The notes beneath the pieces were generated by a model. The model ran no database searches and was not told the origin of the DNA. It was given only the letters and a program-made list of their open reading frames with translations. Shown here piece after piece: positions 25,351 to 42,597 of a stretch of 64,000 bases of DNA (its first letter is position 1; every line of letters begins with the position of its first letter). Where the stretch lies: the NCBI RefSeq assembly GCF_054482595.1, contig NZ_CM137008.1; one strand, written 5' to 3'. Both the position numbers and the translations under genes were made by a program.

Positions 25351-26360
25351 TTATTTGTTGTTGCGCAGATCCAGCGCCACGTCGACGATCATATCCTCCT
25401 GGCCGCCAACCATCCGGCGTTTGCCCAGCTCAACGAGAATATCCACCGCGCTTAAGCCATAACGCGCCGCCGCCGTTTCACAGTGACGCAGGAAGCTGGA
25501 GTAAACACCAGCGTATCCCAGCGCCAGCGTTTCGCGATCGACTCGTACCGGACGATCCTGCAACGGACGCACCAGGTCGTCAGCGGCATCCATTAACGCA
25601 TAGAGATCGGCCCCATGCTGCCAACCCAGTTTATCCACGGCGGCAATAAATACTTCCAGCGGCGCGTTACCTGCGCCCGCGCCCATTCCCGCGAGGCTGG
25701 CGTCGATTCGGTCGCAGCCCTCTTCCACCGCCGCGATAGAGTTCGCCACGCCAAGACTCAGGTTATGGTGAGCGTGCATGCCGGTTTGCGTTTCTGGTTT
25801 CAGCACTGCTTTCAGGGCGCGGAAACGGTCACGGATATCGCTCATGTTCATCGCACCGCCAGAATCCACCACATAAATACAGGTCGCACCGTAGCCTTCC
25901 ATCAGCTTTGCCTGCTTGGCGAGATTCTCCGGCGTGGTCATATGGCTCATCATCAGAAAACCAACGGTGTCCATTCCGAGCTCGCGGGCATACTGAATAT
26001 GCTGGGCGGAAACATCAGCTTCGGTACAGTGCGTTGCCACACGAACCACCCGCGCGCCAGCCTGCCAGGCATTTTTCAGATCGTGAATAGTGCCGATTCC
26101 TGGCAGCAACAACGTCGCGATTTTGGCGTGCTTCACCACATCCGCCGCCGCTTCAATCCATTCAAGGTCGCTATGTGCGCCGAAACCATAGTTAAAGCTG
26201 GAACCCTGCAAACCGTCGCCGTGGGCCACTTCAATCGAATCCACGCGGGCATCGTCCAGTGCTTTGGCAATCTGGCGAACGTTTTCCAGCGAATACTGAT
26301 GACGAATGGCGTGCATACCGTCACGCAACGTGACGTCCGAGATATAAAGTTTTTTACCGT

Positions 26361-26364
<4 letters not shown>
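25351..26364 (-). CDS. mhpE: MhpE, 4-hydroxy-2-oxovalerate aldolase
   Basis: 337-aa ORF. Confidence 0.95.
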
Positions 26365-28126
<1,762 letters not shown>

Positions 28127-28993
28127 TTAAGCACGTGCGAGGAAATTCAGCACCAGTTGATTGAAAGCGTCGGCATGTTCCCACTGCGCCCAGTGACCAC
28201 AGTCGCGGAAGATATGCAGTTCAGAACCAGCAATGCCGGACAGTAGACGCAGCCCCGCATCCATCGGCACAAAGCGGTCGTTGCGCCCCCAGACAATCAG
28301 GGTTTGCGCTTTGATTTCCGCCAGACGTGGGCCAAAATCCGGGAACTGTTTCGGATTAGCTTCCAGGCTCTTAACGAAGTTTTCCAGGTGATCGCGGCGC
28401 GACAGCATATTATTCAGGCGCGCTTCAAACAGGGCGTCGGTCAAATCGCTGGTATCAAAAACGAAGATATCCATCATCAGCTTCAGGTTTTCGATAGTCG
28501 GCTGACGATAAAGCTGATTCAGTCGCTTAATACCTTCGGTTGGCATCGGCGTAAACAAACTCATGCCGCCCGTACCGCCGCCCATCAGCACCAGTTTGCC
28601 GACGCGCTCCGGCCAGTTAAGGGTGAACGCCACAGAACTATGGCCACCCATTGAGTTGCCCAGCAGGTGGATTTTGGCGATATCCAGTTGATCCACCACG
28701 CTTTTCAGGATTCGTGCATTAAGATCCGATCGCGAACCACTATTAACGATCGAATCGCTCTTACCCCAACCCGGACAATCCAGCAGGATCACCCGATAGC
28801 CCGCCTCTACCAGCGGATCGATATTGCGGCTGAAGTTCGCCCAGCCAGTAGCACCCGGGCCGGAACCATGCAGCAGGACAACGGTTTCGTCGCCTTGTCC
28901 GCAGTCATTAAAATGGATGCGCAGCGTTTTACCCGCTTCTTCTACATTCAGAAAACGGCTGGTGGCGGCTTCGGTTTGTGGCTGATAACTCAT
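28127..28993 (-). CDS. mhpC: MhpC, 2-hydroxy-6-oxonona-2,4-dienedioate hydrolase (alpha/beta hydrolase)
   Basis: 288 aa from the internal start [14 protein letters not shown]; GNSMGG nucleophile motif. Confidence 0.93.
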
Positions 28994-29010
28994 CATCTTC
29001 TCCTGCATAT

Positions 29011-29955
29011 TCAGTTCTCTGTTCTGGCGCTTAACGAGCCAAATCCGGCAATCCACTCCGGGATTGGGCGGTAATAACGCCCTTCGCTACGCCAGTTGCC
29101 AAATGCAGAAATAGCGGCAAAAGCGGCGACCCAGGTTTTGATTTCATGTGTCGACTTTCCGGCAATGGCGGAAAGCTCTTCGTTACTGACGGCATCCAGT
29201 TCCTGTATGCGTCCCTGCTCCAGCAAAGTCATGAACTGGTTATCCCAAATCGGGTTGAGCGGATGCAGAGTTCTCTGATCCTCAACAAACTTCTCAGCGG
29301 CGCTAATCACCCGTTGCTGACGCAATTCGCGCTCACTGGCGGGTAAATCTTTCCCGCTCCCCAACAGACGGTCGCGCATATGGGCATCGGCTTTCGCCAG
29401 TTCGGGCACCGGCGGCTGATGGGAAAGCCCACCGGAACCCAGGAACAGCACGCGTTTATTGAGAGTGCTGGTGAAACGTCCAATGGCTTCACCCAACATG
29501 CGGGTACGCTGGAAACCGGGCAGCGGCGTGGCGACACCGTTGATGAACACAGGCAGAACTGGCACCTTATCCAGCCCACCGAGCAGGAACTCCAGCGGCT
29601 GGGCGAACCCGTGGTCCACCTGCATACAGTAAGAAACGGCAAGATCGATCCCGCTCTTCATGACGGCATGCGCACAGGCCTCCGCCAACTCCACAGGCAC
29701 TGGCAGCTCTCCTGCCGCACTACCGAAATCACCAATTGCCGTCGCTCCAACGCCTAAACAGAACGGTGGCATCACGTCATAGAAAAAGCCGTTGTAGTGA
29801 TCTGGCGCAAACAGCACCACCAGTTCAGGGGAGAAAGCCGCAATACGCTCGCGGGCGCTGGCAATCACGCCATCGACCTCATCGAGCACCTCTTGCGCCG
29901 GGTCGACATACCCCACCAGCGGCGAGTGGGAAAGACAGTGAAGATAAGCGTGCAT
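29011..29955 (-). CDS. mhpB: MhpB, 3-(2,3-dihydroxyphenyl)propionate 1,2-dioxygenase (extradiol)
   Basis: 314-aa ORF. Confidence 0.95.
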
Positions 29956-29956
29956 A

Positions 29957-31621
29957 TCAGGCTACCTTTTCGACAGAAACGTCGGCATCAGGGCGGGTCA
30001 GCGTCATCACCGACGCCAGTTTATTCAGGGTCTTGCCCAGGGTTTGCGGAATGGCGGTGGCGGCAACAAAGCGATCCGGGCGCATCACCACCAGCGAAGC
30101 ATTGTGTTGCGCGAACCAGCTACGCAGGCGACCTTGCGTATCCCCCACGCGTAGTACGCCGTCGTGGTTATCCTGTGCGGTATGAATTTGCACTTCCGGC
30201 ACCACCTGAATGAAGCGTGTGCCCAACGCGCGCCACTGCTGGATTTGCTCGTCGCTCATCCCCCACAGTGGATTGCATCCCCAGCCAATTACCGCGAAGT
30301 TCGCGCCGATCGCGTTATCGAGCAGCGTCACGTCGCCGTTTTCCAGCGTGACTTTCGGCTGAATAAACATCTTGCCGACCGGAGAGTGCTTCGCTTCGCC
30401 CTCACGCACCAGCGCACCGCCGTAATATTGCGGCATCGGCTTGAAGCGCATTTCGAGGAAGTAGCGTTTTACTGGCGGCAGATAATTCAGCAGCCAGGAA
30501 ACGCCGTCACGTAACGTACCCTGCCAGCGTTTCGGCGGAGCCAGCACGTTGCCCGCCGTCACGGACAGGTCAATCATCGCTTTGGCGTGATCGCGACGTT
30601 CTTGTTGATAGGTATCGAGCAGCGCATCGCGGGCTTTCCCCTGGATAACCAACGCCAGTTTCCATGCGAGGTTAAAGGCGTCGCGCATGCCACTGTTATA
30701 GCCCTGCCCCTGCCATACCGGCATGATGTGCGCGGCATCGCCCGCCAGCAGTACGCGATCAATACGGAAACGTTGCGCCAGTCGCGCGTTGTGGGTGTAG
30801 ACACGCTGGCGAATCAATTCAACATTGTCCGGATTAGGCAGCACTTTGCTTAACAGCTTGCGCATATTTTGCGGCTCACGCAGCTGTTCTTCGGTTTCTC
30901 CCGGCATCACCATAAATTCAAAGCGACGTACCGCATGAGGCAGCGCGGCAGAAACATACGGGCGCACCGGATCGCAACACAAATAGATATGCGGCGTACT
31001 TAACGGATCGTTGGCGATATCTACCACAATCCACTGATTTGGTGCAGTTTTACCTTCAAACGGCACATTCAGGGTGCGACGGACAAAACTTGCCCCACCA
31101 TCACAGGCCACCAGCCACTGGGCTTTGACTATTTCCCGCTGCCCTTCTGCCGTTTTCAGGTGCAAGGTCACTTCGTCATCTTGCTGACTGAAGGCCTCCA
31201 GCTCGCGGGAAAACAAGCAGCGCACATTCGGAAAACGCGACACCCCTTCCAGCATCACCGCATCGACCTGCGGCTGAATAAAGGCGTTACGGCGCGGCCA
31301 GCCAAATTCATCGGTCATTGGCTGAATATCAGCAAAACAGCGGCCCTTCGGGGTGAGAAAACGCATCGCGTGCCACGGTGTAGTGTGCGGCAGAACATTA
31401 TCGACCAGGCCAACCGACTGCATGGTGCGCAGCGCCTCGTCATCAATACCAATCGCACGCGGGTAGTCGATCAACTTATCGAGTTTCTCCACCACCAGCA
31501 CGTCAATGCCCATCTGGCCGAGATAGTTCGCCATCATCAGTCCGACCGGACCGGCACCAGCGATCGCCACCTGAACGCTATGGTTAACAGCAGGCTGGAT
31601 GTCAGGGTGTTGTATTGCCAT
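29957..31621 (-). CDS. mhpA: MhpA, 3-(3-hydroxyphenyl)propionate hydroxylase (FAD monooxygenase)
   Basis: 554-aa ORF with N-terminal GAGPVG FAD-binding motif. Confidence 0.95.
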   Translation of the reverse strand: MAIQHPDIQPAVNHSVQVAIAGAGPVGLMMANYLGQMGIDVLVVEKLDKLIDYPRAIGIDDEALRTMQSVGLVDNVLPHTTPWHAMRFLTPKGRCFADIQPMTDEFGWPRRNAFIQPQVDAVMLEGVSRFPNVRCLFSRELEAFSQQDDEVTLHLKTAEGQREIVKAQWLVACDGGASFVRRTLNVPFEGKTAPNQWIVVDIANDPLSTPHIYLCCDPVRPYVSAALPHAVRRFEFMVMPGETEEQLREPQNMRKLLSKVLPNPDNVELIRQRVYTHNARLAQRFRIDRVLLAGDAAHIMPVWQGQGYNSGMRDAFNLAWKLALVIQGKARDALLDTYQQERRDHAKAMIDLSVTAGNVLAPPKRWQGTLRDGVSWLLNYLPPVKRYFLEMRFKPMPQYYGGALVREGEAKHSPVGKMFIQPKVTLENGDVTLLDNAIGANFAVIGWGCNPLWGMSDEQIQQWRALGTRFIQVVPEVQIHTAQDNHDGVLRVGDTQGRLRSWFAQHNASLVVMRPDRFVAATAIPQTLGKTLNKLASVMTLTRPDADVSVEKVA

Positions 31622-31762
31622 TTCAGTACCTCACGACTCGGACAAAATGCCGTTGCGCGCACAGTACGGCGCAACTTATTTTGTTAAAAACATGTAAATG
31701 ATTTTTTATTGTGCGCTCAGTATAGGAAGGGTGTTTTCGGCTACAATCAAAACATGCCCGAA

Positions 31763-31779
31763 TGTGCACCAGGTGCACA
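31763..31779. promoter_or_regulatory. Candidate MhpR operator: palindrome TGTGCACC-A-GGTGCACA in the mhpA-mhpR divergent region
   Basis: Perfect 8-bp inverted repeat around a central A; recalled as resembling the published MhpR site. Confidence 0.5.
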
Positions 31780-31811
31780 ACGTTGTTTTAACTATAGAAA
31801 TGTCAATTAAT

Positions 31812-32645
31812 ATGCAGAACAATGAGCAGACGGAATACAAAACCGTGCGCGGCTTAACCCGCGGTCTAATGTTATTAAATATGTTAAATAAACTTGACGG
31901 CGGTGCCAGCGTCGGGCTGCTGGCGGAACTCAGCGGCCTGCATCGCACCACTGTGCGGCGACTGCTGGAGACGCTGCAGGAAGAGGGATATGTCCGGCGT
32001 AGTCCCTCCGATGATAGTTTTCGTCTGACCATCAAAGTGCGGCAATTAAGCGAAGGATTTCGTGACGAACAGTGGATTTCTGCACTGGCGGCCCCACTGC
32101 TGGGCGATCTGTTGCGCGAAGTGGTATGGCCGACAGATGTGTCCACGCTGGATGTTGATGCAATGGTGGTACGCGAAACCACCCACCGTTTCAGCCGCTT
32201 ATCCTTTCACCGGGCAATGGTCGGGCGACGTTTGCCGCTTCTGAAAACCGCCTCGGGCCTGACCTGGCTGGCCTTTTGCCCGGAACAAGAACGCAAGGAA
32301 TTAATCGAAATGTTAGCCTCCCGCCCCGGTGATGACTATCAACTGGCACGAGAACCGTTAAAGCTGCAAGCCATTCTGGCGCGCGCGCGCAAAGAGGGTT
32401 ACGGACAGAACTACCGCGGCTGGGATCAGGAGGAGAAGATCGCCTCTATCGCCGTACCGCTGCGCAGTGAACAACGGGTGATTGGCTGTTTGAATCTGGT
32501 GTATATGGCGAGCGCAATGACCATCGAACAGGCAGCGGAAAAGCATCTTCCGGCACTACAACGGGTAGCAAAACAGATCGAAGAAGGGGTTGAATCGCAG
32601 GCTATTCTGGTGGCCGGACGGCGAAGCGGCGTGCATTTACGCTAG
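31812..32645 (+). CDS. mhpR: MhpR, IclR-family activator of the mhp operon
   Basis: 277 aa from the internal start MQNNEQTEYKTVRGL. Confidence 0.92.
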   Translation: MQNNEQTEYKTVRGLTRGLMLLNMLNKLDGGASVGLLAELSGLHRTTVRRLLETLQEEGYVRRSPSDDSFRLTIKVRQLSEGFRDEQWISALAAPLLGDLLREVVWPTDVSTLDVDAMVVRETTHRFSRLSFHRAMVGRRLPLLKTASGLTWLAFCPEQERKELIEMLASRPGDDYQLAREPLKLQAILARARKEGYGQNYRGWDQEEKIASIAVPLRSEQRVIGCLNLVYMASAMTIEQAAEKHLPALQRVAKQIEEGVESQAILVAGRRSGVHLR

Positions 32646-32759
32646 TTACGCCAATGTGTAATTTGGCCCATTCTCATCGTTATTCGCCCATTTGCCCACA
32701 TGCACAGTACGGGCTGCACGCTACGCTAATGACATCAATACTGTGATGTGGAGCAAATC

Positions 32760-33536
32760 ATGAAAATTACGCAAATTCGTAATGCCACCCAAATTATCCA
32801 ATACGCTGGCAAAACATTTCTTATCGACCCGTTACTCGCGCCTAAAGGAAGTTATCCGGGTTTTGCCGGAACGGCACGCGCAGAAATCCGCAATCCAACG
32901 GTAGAATTACCGTGCGATTTAACAACGTTACTCAACGTTGACGCCCTAATCGTGACTCATTTACATGAAGATCACTGGGACGAAACAGCCTCCCGCGTCG
33001 TCCCTAAAGATAAACTGATTTATGTGCAAAATGAGCAAGATGCTGAATCACTGCATAAACAAGGATTTACACATCTTACCGTACTTACCGATGAGACTAA
33101 ATTTGGCGATATTACTCTGCATAAAACGACAGGGCAGCACGGCTCCGATCGCACCTATGCCGACCCGGCGATGGCGAAGCGTTTAGGCGCAGCCTGCGGC
33201 GTTGTTTTCCAGCACCCGACAGAGAAAACGCTCTATCTGGCTGGCGATACCCTCTGGCGTGACGACGTCGAGGCTACAATGCTAACTTTCCAACCAGAAG
33301 TGGTTGTGTTGAATGCCGGATTTGCGCATGTTCTGGGGCATGGCGCGATAATTATGGGAGCAGAAGATATTCTCAAAACACATTTTACCCTGCCAGAAGC
33401 GCAAATTGTCGCGACACATATGGAGGCCGTAAACCACTGTTTGCTGACGCGTGATGCGCTCAAGGAATACGCCAGAGATAATCAAATTATCGAATTTGTG
33501 AACGTACCAGAAGATGGTGAAACGTTGACATTCTAA
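32760..33536 (+). CDS. MBL-fold metallo-hydrolase (function unknown)
   Basis: 258 aa from MKITQIRNATQ with GGAG RBS; metal-binding motif THLHEDHWDE. Confidence 0.75.
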   Translation: MKITQIRNATQIIQYAGKTFLIDPLLAPKGSYPGFAGTARAEIRNPTVELPCDLTTLLNVDALIVTHLHEDHWDETASRVVPKDKLIYVQNEQDAESLHKQGFTHLTVLTDETKFGDITLHKTTGQHGSDRTYADPAMAKRLGAACGVVFQHPTEKTLYLAGDTLWRDDVEATMLTFQPEVVVLNAGFAHVLGHGAIIMGAEDILKTHFTLPEAQIVATHMEAVNHCLLTRDALKEYARDNQIIEFVNVPEDGETLTF

Positions 33537-33555
33537 TTCGGAGATAAAGAGTGTT

Positions 33556-34509
33556 ATGCGCCCGCTAACTGTTGCCATTATCGCCGTTGCCGGTTTTAGT
33601 CCTTTTCACCTTTCCGTACCGTTTATCGTATTTAGCGAAAAAATGGCGGAGAAAAAACACTTTCACGTAATTATCTGCGCTGAAAAGCCGGGAAACGTGG
33701 ACTCTGCCGATGGGTTTTCCGTAACCGCCACCCATGACTATACCGCAGTCATCCAGGCGGATATTGTGATAATTCCTTACTGGGGAACCATTACACAAAA
33801 ACCGCCACAAAAACTGCTGGAAGCCTTAACGACCGCACGGGATAACGGCGCACAGATTGTCGGGCTTTGCCTGGGCACGTTTGTGCTCGGCTATGCAGGT
33901 TTACTGAAAAATAAGCGTGCCGCCACGCACTGGGAGTTCGAGCGTGAATTTCAGGCACGTTTTCCACAAACACATCTGGATATTAACGCGTTGTACGTAG
34001 ACGATGACGGCATTATTACCTCTGCCGGTACTGCCGCGGCGCTGGATTGCTGTTTGTATATTGTTCGGCAACATTTTGGCAGCGACTATGCTAACCATAT
34101 TGCCCGACGGATGGTCGTACCGCCATATCGCACTGGCGGTCAGGCGCAGTTTATTGAGCAACCAGTGCCGAAAAATACCCATGATGAACGCATTAATCTC
34201 CTGCTGGATTACCTGCGGCAAAACATTGCGCAACAGCATGATCTCGACTCGCTGGCGCAGCGAGTAATGATGAGTCGCCGCACATTAACTCGCCATTTTA
34301 TGAAAGCGACCGGTTCGAGTATCGCCGAATGGCTTATTACTGAACGCTTACGCCGTAGCCAGGAACTGTTGGGATCCAGTCAATTGCCCGTTGAGCGGAT
34401 AGCAGCTGAGGTGGGTTTTCTCTCACCTGTGACCTGGCGTCAGCATTTTAAATCTCACTTCGGCGTCAGCCCCGCCGAATGGCGCAAAACCTTTCGCGGT
34501 ATGGCATGA
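33556..34509 (+). CDS. GlxA-family transcriptional regulator (DJ-1/PfpI-like N-terminal domain plus AraC-type HTH)
   Basis: 317-aa ORF; C-terminal AraC HTH; its last codons overlap the lacI promoter. Confidence 0.75.
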   Translation: MRPLTVAIIAVAGFSPFHLSVPFIVFSEKMAEKKHFHVIICAEKPGNVDSADGFSVTATHDYTAVIQADIVIIPYWGTITQKPPQKLLEALTTARDNGAQIVGLCLGTFVLGYAGLLKNKRAATHWEFEREFQARFPQTHLDINALYVDDDGIITSAGTAAALDCCLYIVRQHFGSDYANHIARRMVVPPYRTGGQAQFIEQPVPKNTHDERINLLLDYLRQNIAQQHDLDSLAQRVMMSRRTLTRHFMKATGSSIAEWLITERLRRSQELLGSSQLPVERIAAEVGFLSPVTWRQHFKSHFGVSPAEWRKTFRGMA

Positions 34510-34510
34510 T
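34482..34510 (+). promoter_or_regulatory. lacI promoter (-35 GCGCAA, 17-bp spacer, -10 CATGAT)
   Basis: Sequence GAATGGCGCAAAACCTTTCGCGGTATGGCATGATAGCGCCCGG matches the lacI promoter as recalled; lies inside the 3' end of the upstream regulator gene. Confidence 0.75.
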
Positions 34511-34545
34511 AGCGCCCGGAAGAGAGTCAATTCAGGGTGGTGAAT

Positions 34546-35628
34546 GTGAAACCAGTAACGCTATACGATGTCGCAGAGTATGCCGGTGTCTCTTATCAGA
34601 CCGTTTCCCGCGTGGTGAATCAGGCCAGCCACGTTTCTGCGAAAACGCGGGAAAAAGTGGAAGCGGCGATGGCGGAGCTGAATTACATTCCCAACCGCGT
34701 GGCACAACAACTGGCGGGGAAACAGTCGTTGCTGATTGGCGTTGCCACCTCCAGTCTGGCCCTGCACGCGCCGTCGCAAATTGTCGCGGCGATTAAATCT
34801 CGCGCCGATCAACTGGGTGCCAGCGTGGTGGTGTCGATGGTAGAACGAAGCGGCGTCGAAGCCTGTAAAGCGGCGGTGCACAATCTTCTCGCGCAACGCG
34901 TCAGTGGGCTGATCATTAACTATCCGCTGGATGACCAGGATGCCATTGCTGTGGAAGCTGCCTGCGCTAATGTTCCGGCGTTATTTCTTGATGTCTCTGA
35001 CCAGACTCCCATCAACAGTATTATTTTCTCCCATGAAGACGGTACGCGACTGGGCGTGGAGCATCTGGTCGCATTGGGTCACCAGCAAATCGCGCTGTTA
35101 GCGGGCCCATTAAGTTCTGTCTCGGCGCGTCTGCGTCTGGCGGGCTGGCATAAATATCTCACTCGCAATCAAATTCAGCCGATAGCGGAACGGGAGGGCG
35201 ACTGGAGTGCCATGTCCGGTTTTCAACAAACCATGCAAATGCTAAATGAGGGCATCGTTCCCACTGCGATGCTGGTTGCCAACGATCAGATGGCGCTGGG
35301 CGCAATGCGCGCCATTACCGAGTCCGGGTTGCGCGTTGGTGCGGATATCTCGGTAGTGGGATACGACGATACCGAAGACAGCTCGTGTTATATCCCGCCG
35401 TTAACCACCATCAAACAGGATTTTCGCCTGCTGGGGCAAACCAGCGTGGACCGCTTGCTGCAACTCTCTCAGGGCCTGGCGGTGAAGGGCAATCAGCTTT
35501 TGCCCGTCTCTCTGGTGAAAAGAAAAACCACCCTGGCGCCCAAGACGCAAACCGCTTCTCCCCGCGCGTTGGCCGATTCATTAATGCAGCTGGCACGACA
35601 AGTTTCCCGACTGGAAAGCGGGCAGTGA
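34546..35628 (+). CDS. lacI: LacI, lactose repressor
   Basis: 360 codons from the canonical GTG (VKPVTLYDVAEYAGVSYQTVSRVVNQ...); the track ORF begins 3 codons upstream. Confidence 0.97.
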   Translation: MKPVTLYDVAEYAGVSYQTVSRVVNQASHVSAKTREKVEAAMAELNYIPNRVAQQLAGKQSLLIGVATSSLALHAPSQIVAAIKSRADQLGASVVVSMVERSGVEACKAAVHNLLAQRVSGLIINYPLDDQDAIAVEAACANVPALFLDVSDQTPINSIIFSHEDGTRLGVEHLVALGHQQIALLAGPLSSVSARLRLAGWHKYLTRNQIQPIAEREGDWSAMSGFQQTMQMLNEGIVPTAMLVANDQMALGAMRAITESGLRVGADISVVGYDDTEDSSCYIPPLTTIKQDFRLLGQTSVDRLLQLSQGLAVKGNQLLPVSLVKRKTTLAPKTQTASPRALADSLMQLARQVSRLESGQ

Positions 35629-35641
35629 GCGCAACGCAATT
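35621..35641 (+). promoter_or_regulatory. lac auxiliary operator O3
   Basis: GGCAGTGAGCGCAACGCAATT overlapping the lacI stop. Confidence 0.85.
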
Positions 35642-35662
35642 AATGTGAGTCAGCTCACTCAT
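35641..35662 (+). promoter_or_regulatory. CRP (CAP) binding site of the lac promoter
   Basis: TGTGAGTCAGCTCACT core; centre differs from the recalled K-12 sequence (C in place of T). Confidence 0.85.
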
Positions 35663-35676
35663 TAGGCACCCCAGGC

Positions 35677-35706
35677 TTTACACTTTATGCGTCCGGCTCG
35701 TATGTT
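35677..35706 (+). promoter_or_regulatory. lacZYA promoter (-35 TTTACA, 18-bp spacer, -10 TATGTT)
   Basis: Canonical lacP1 hexamers at the canonical spacing. Confidence 0.9.
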
Positions 35707-35712
35707 GTGTGA

Positions 35713-38825
<3,113 letters not shown>

Positions 38826-38831
38826 TAATAA

Positions 38832-40130
<1,299 letters not shown>

Positions 40131-40139
40131 GCAAACAAT

Positions 40140-40170
40140 GTCGGATGCGGCGCGAGCGCCTTATCCGACC
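40140..40170. repeat. REP element between lacY and lacA
   Basis: GTCGGATGCGGCGCGAGCGCCTTATCCGACC palindromic unit. Confidence 0.85.
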
Positions 40171-40195
40171 AACATATCAGGACGGAATGATCGCA

Positions 40196-40807
40196 ATGAA
40201 CATGCCAATGACCGAAAGAATAAAAGCAGGCAAGCTATTTACCGATATGTGCGAAGGCTTACCGGAAAAAAGACTTCGTGGGAAAACGTTAATGTATGAG
40301 TTTAATCACTCGCATCCATCAGAAGTTGAAAAAAGGGAAAGCCTGCTTAAAGAAATGTTTGCCACGGTAGGGGAAAACGCCTGGATAGAACCACCTGTCT
40401 ATTTCTCTTACGGTTCCAACATCCATATAGGCCGCAATTTTTATGCAAATTTCAATTTAACCATTGTCGACGACTACACGGTCACGATCGGTGATAACGT
40501 ATTGATTGCACCCAATGTTACTCTTTCCGTTACGGGACACCCTGTACACCATGAATTGAGAAAAAACGGTGAGATGTACTCTTTTCCGATAACGATTGGC
40601 AATAACGTCTGGATCGGAAGTCATGTGGTTATTAATCCAGGCGTCACCATCGGGGATAATTCTGTTATTGGCGCGGGTAGTGTCGTCATAAAAGACATTC
40701 CACCAAACGTCGTGGCTGCTGGCGTTCCTTGCCGGGTTATTCGCGAAATAAACGACCGGGATAAGCAATATTATTTCAGAGATTACAAAGTTGAATCGTC
40801 AGTTTAA
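40196..40807 (+). CDS. lacA: LacA, galactoside O-acetyltransferase
   Basis: 203 aa from the internal start MNMPMTERIKAGKLF; hexapeptide-repeat acetyltransferase. Confidence 0.95.
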   Translation: MNMPMTERIKAGKLFTDMCEGLPEKRLRGKTLMYEFNHSHPSEVEKRESLLKEMFATVGENAWIEPPVYFSYGSNIHIGRNFYANFNLTIVDDYTVTIGDNVLIAPNVTLSVTGHPVHHELRKNGEMYSFPITIGNNVWIGSHVVINPGVTIGDNSVIGAGSVVIKDIPPNVVAAGVPCRVIREINDRDKQYYFRDYKVESSV

Positions 40808-40817
40808 ATTATAAAAA

Positions 40818-40890
40818 TTGCCTGATGCGCTTCGCTTATCAGGCCTACAAGTTCAGTGATCTACATTAGCCGCATCCGGCATGAACAAAG
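40818..40890. repeat. REP element pair between convergent lacA and cynX
   Basis: GCCTGATGCGCTTCGCTTATCAGGCCTAC ... GCCGCATCCGGCATGAAC; approximate bounds. Confidence 0.8.
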
Positions 40891-40909
40891 CGCAGGAACA
40901 AGCGTCGCA

Positions 40910-42064
40910 TTATGCCTCTTTGACCCACAGCTGCGGAAAACGTGCTGGTGCAAAACGCAGGGTTATGATCATCAGCCCAACGACGCACAGCGCATGAAAT
41001 GCCCAGTCCATCAGGTAATTGCCGCTGATACTACGCAGCACACCAGAAAACCACGGGGCAAGCCCGGCGATGATAAAACCGATCCCCTGCATAAACGCCA
41101 CCAGCTTGCCAGCAATAGCCGGTTGCGCAGAGTGATCGAGCGCCAGCAGCAAACAGAGCGGAAACGCGCCGCCCAGACCTAACCCACACACCATCGCCCA
41201 CAATACCGGCAATTGCAGCGGCAGCCAGATAAAGCCGCAGAAACCCACCAGTTGTAACGCCAGTGCCAACAGCAAAAGTTTGCGCCGATCCTGATGGCGA
41301 GCCATAGCAGGCATCAGCAAAGCTCCTGCGGCTTGCCCAAGCGTCATCAATGCCAGCAAGGAACCGCTGTACTGCGCGCTGGCACCAATCTCAATATAGA
41401 AGGCGGGTAACCAGGCAATCAGGCTGGCGTAACCACCGTTAATCAGACCGAAGTAAACACCCAGCGTCCACGCGCGAGGAGTGAAAACCACGCGAACCGG
41501 AGTGGTTGTTGTCTTGTGGGAAGAGGCGACCTCGCGGGTGCTTTGCCACCACCAGGCAAAGAGCGCAACAACGGCAGGCAGCGCCCACCAGGCGAGTGTT
41601 TGATACCAGGTTTCGCTATGTTGAACTAACCAGGGTGTCAGGGCGGCACCAAGCCCACCGCCGCCCATCAGAGCCGCGGACCACAGCCCCATCACCAGTG
41701 GCGTGCGCTGCTGAAACCGCCGTTTAATCACCGAAGGCATCACCGCCTGAATGATGCCGATCCCCACCCCACCGAGCAGTGCGCTGCTAAGCAGCAGCGC
41801 ACTTTGGGGGTAAAGCTCACGCATCAATGCACCGACGGCAATCAGTAACAAACTGATGGCGACGCTGCGACGTTCGCTGACATGCTGATGAAGCCAGCTT
41901 CCGGCCAGCGCCAGCCCGCCCATGGTAACCACCGGCAGAGCGGTCAACAGGGCAGCCACGCTAAAGCTCATTCCGCTTGCCTGGCGCAATTGCGGTAGCA
42001 GTGGCCCGACGGAGGTGAGCAGTGGTCGCATATTAAGACCAATCAGCACCAGAACCAGCAGCAT
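40910..42064 (-). CDS. cynX: CynX, MFS cyanate transporter
   Basis: 384 aa from the internal start MLLVLVLIGLNMRPLL. Confidence 0.92.
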   Translation of the reverse strand: MLLVLVLIGLNMRPLLTSVGPLLPQLRQASGMSFSVAALLTALPVVTMGGLALAGSWLHQHVSERRSVAISLLLIAVGALMRELYPQSALLLSSALLGGVGIGIIQAVMPSVIKRRFQQRTPLVMGLWSAALMGGGGLGAALTPWLVQHSETWYQTLAWWALPAVVALFAWWWQSTREVASSHKTTTTPVRVVFTPRAWTLGVYFGLINGGYASLIAWLPAFYIEIGASAQYSGSLLALMTLGQAAGALLMPAMARHQDRRKLLLLALALQLVGFCGFIWLPLQLPVLWAMVCGLGLGGAFPLCLLLALDHSAQPAIAGKLVAFMQGIGFIIAGLAPWFSGVLRSISGNYLMDWAFHALCVVGLMIITLRFAPARFPQLWVKEA

Positions 42065-42096
42065 CGTGAACGTCTTTTGATGGTTACGCATGGCTG

Positions 42097-42585
<489 letters not shown>

Positions 42586-42597
42586 TTAAAAATAAGG

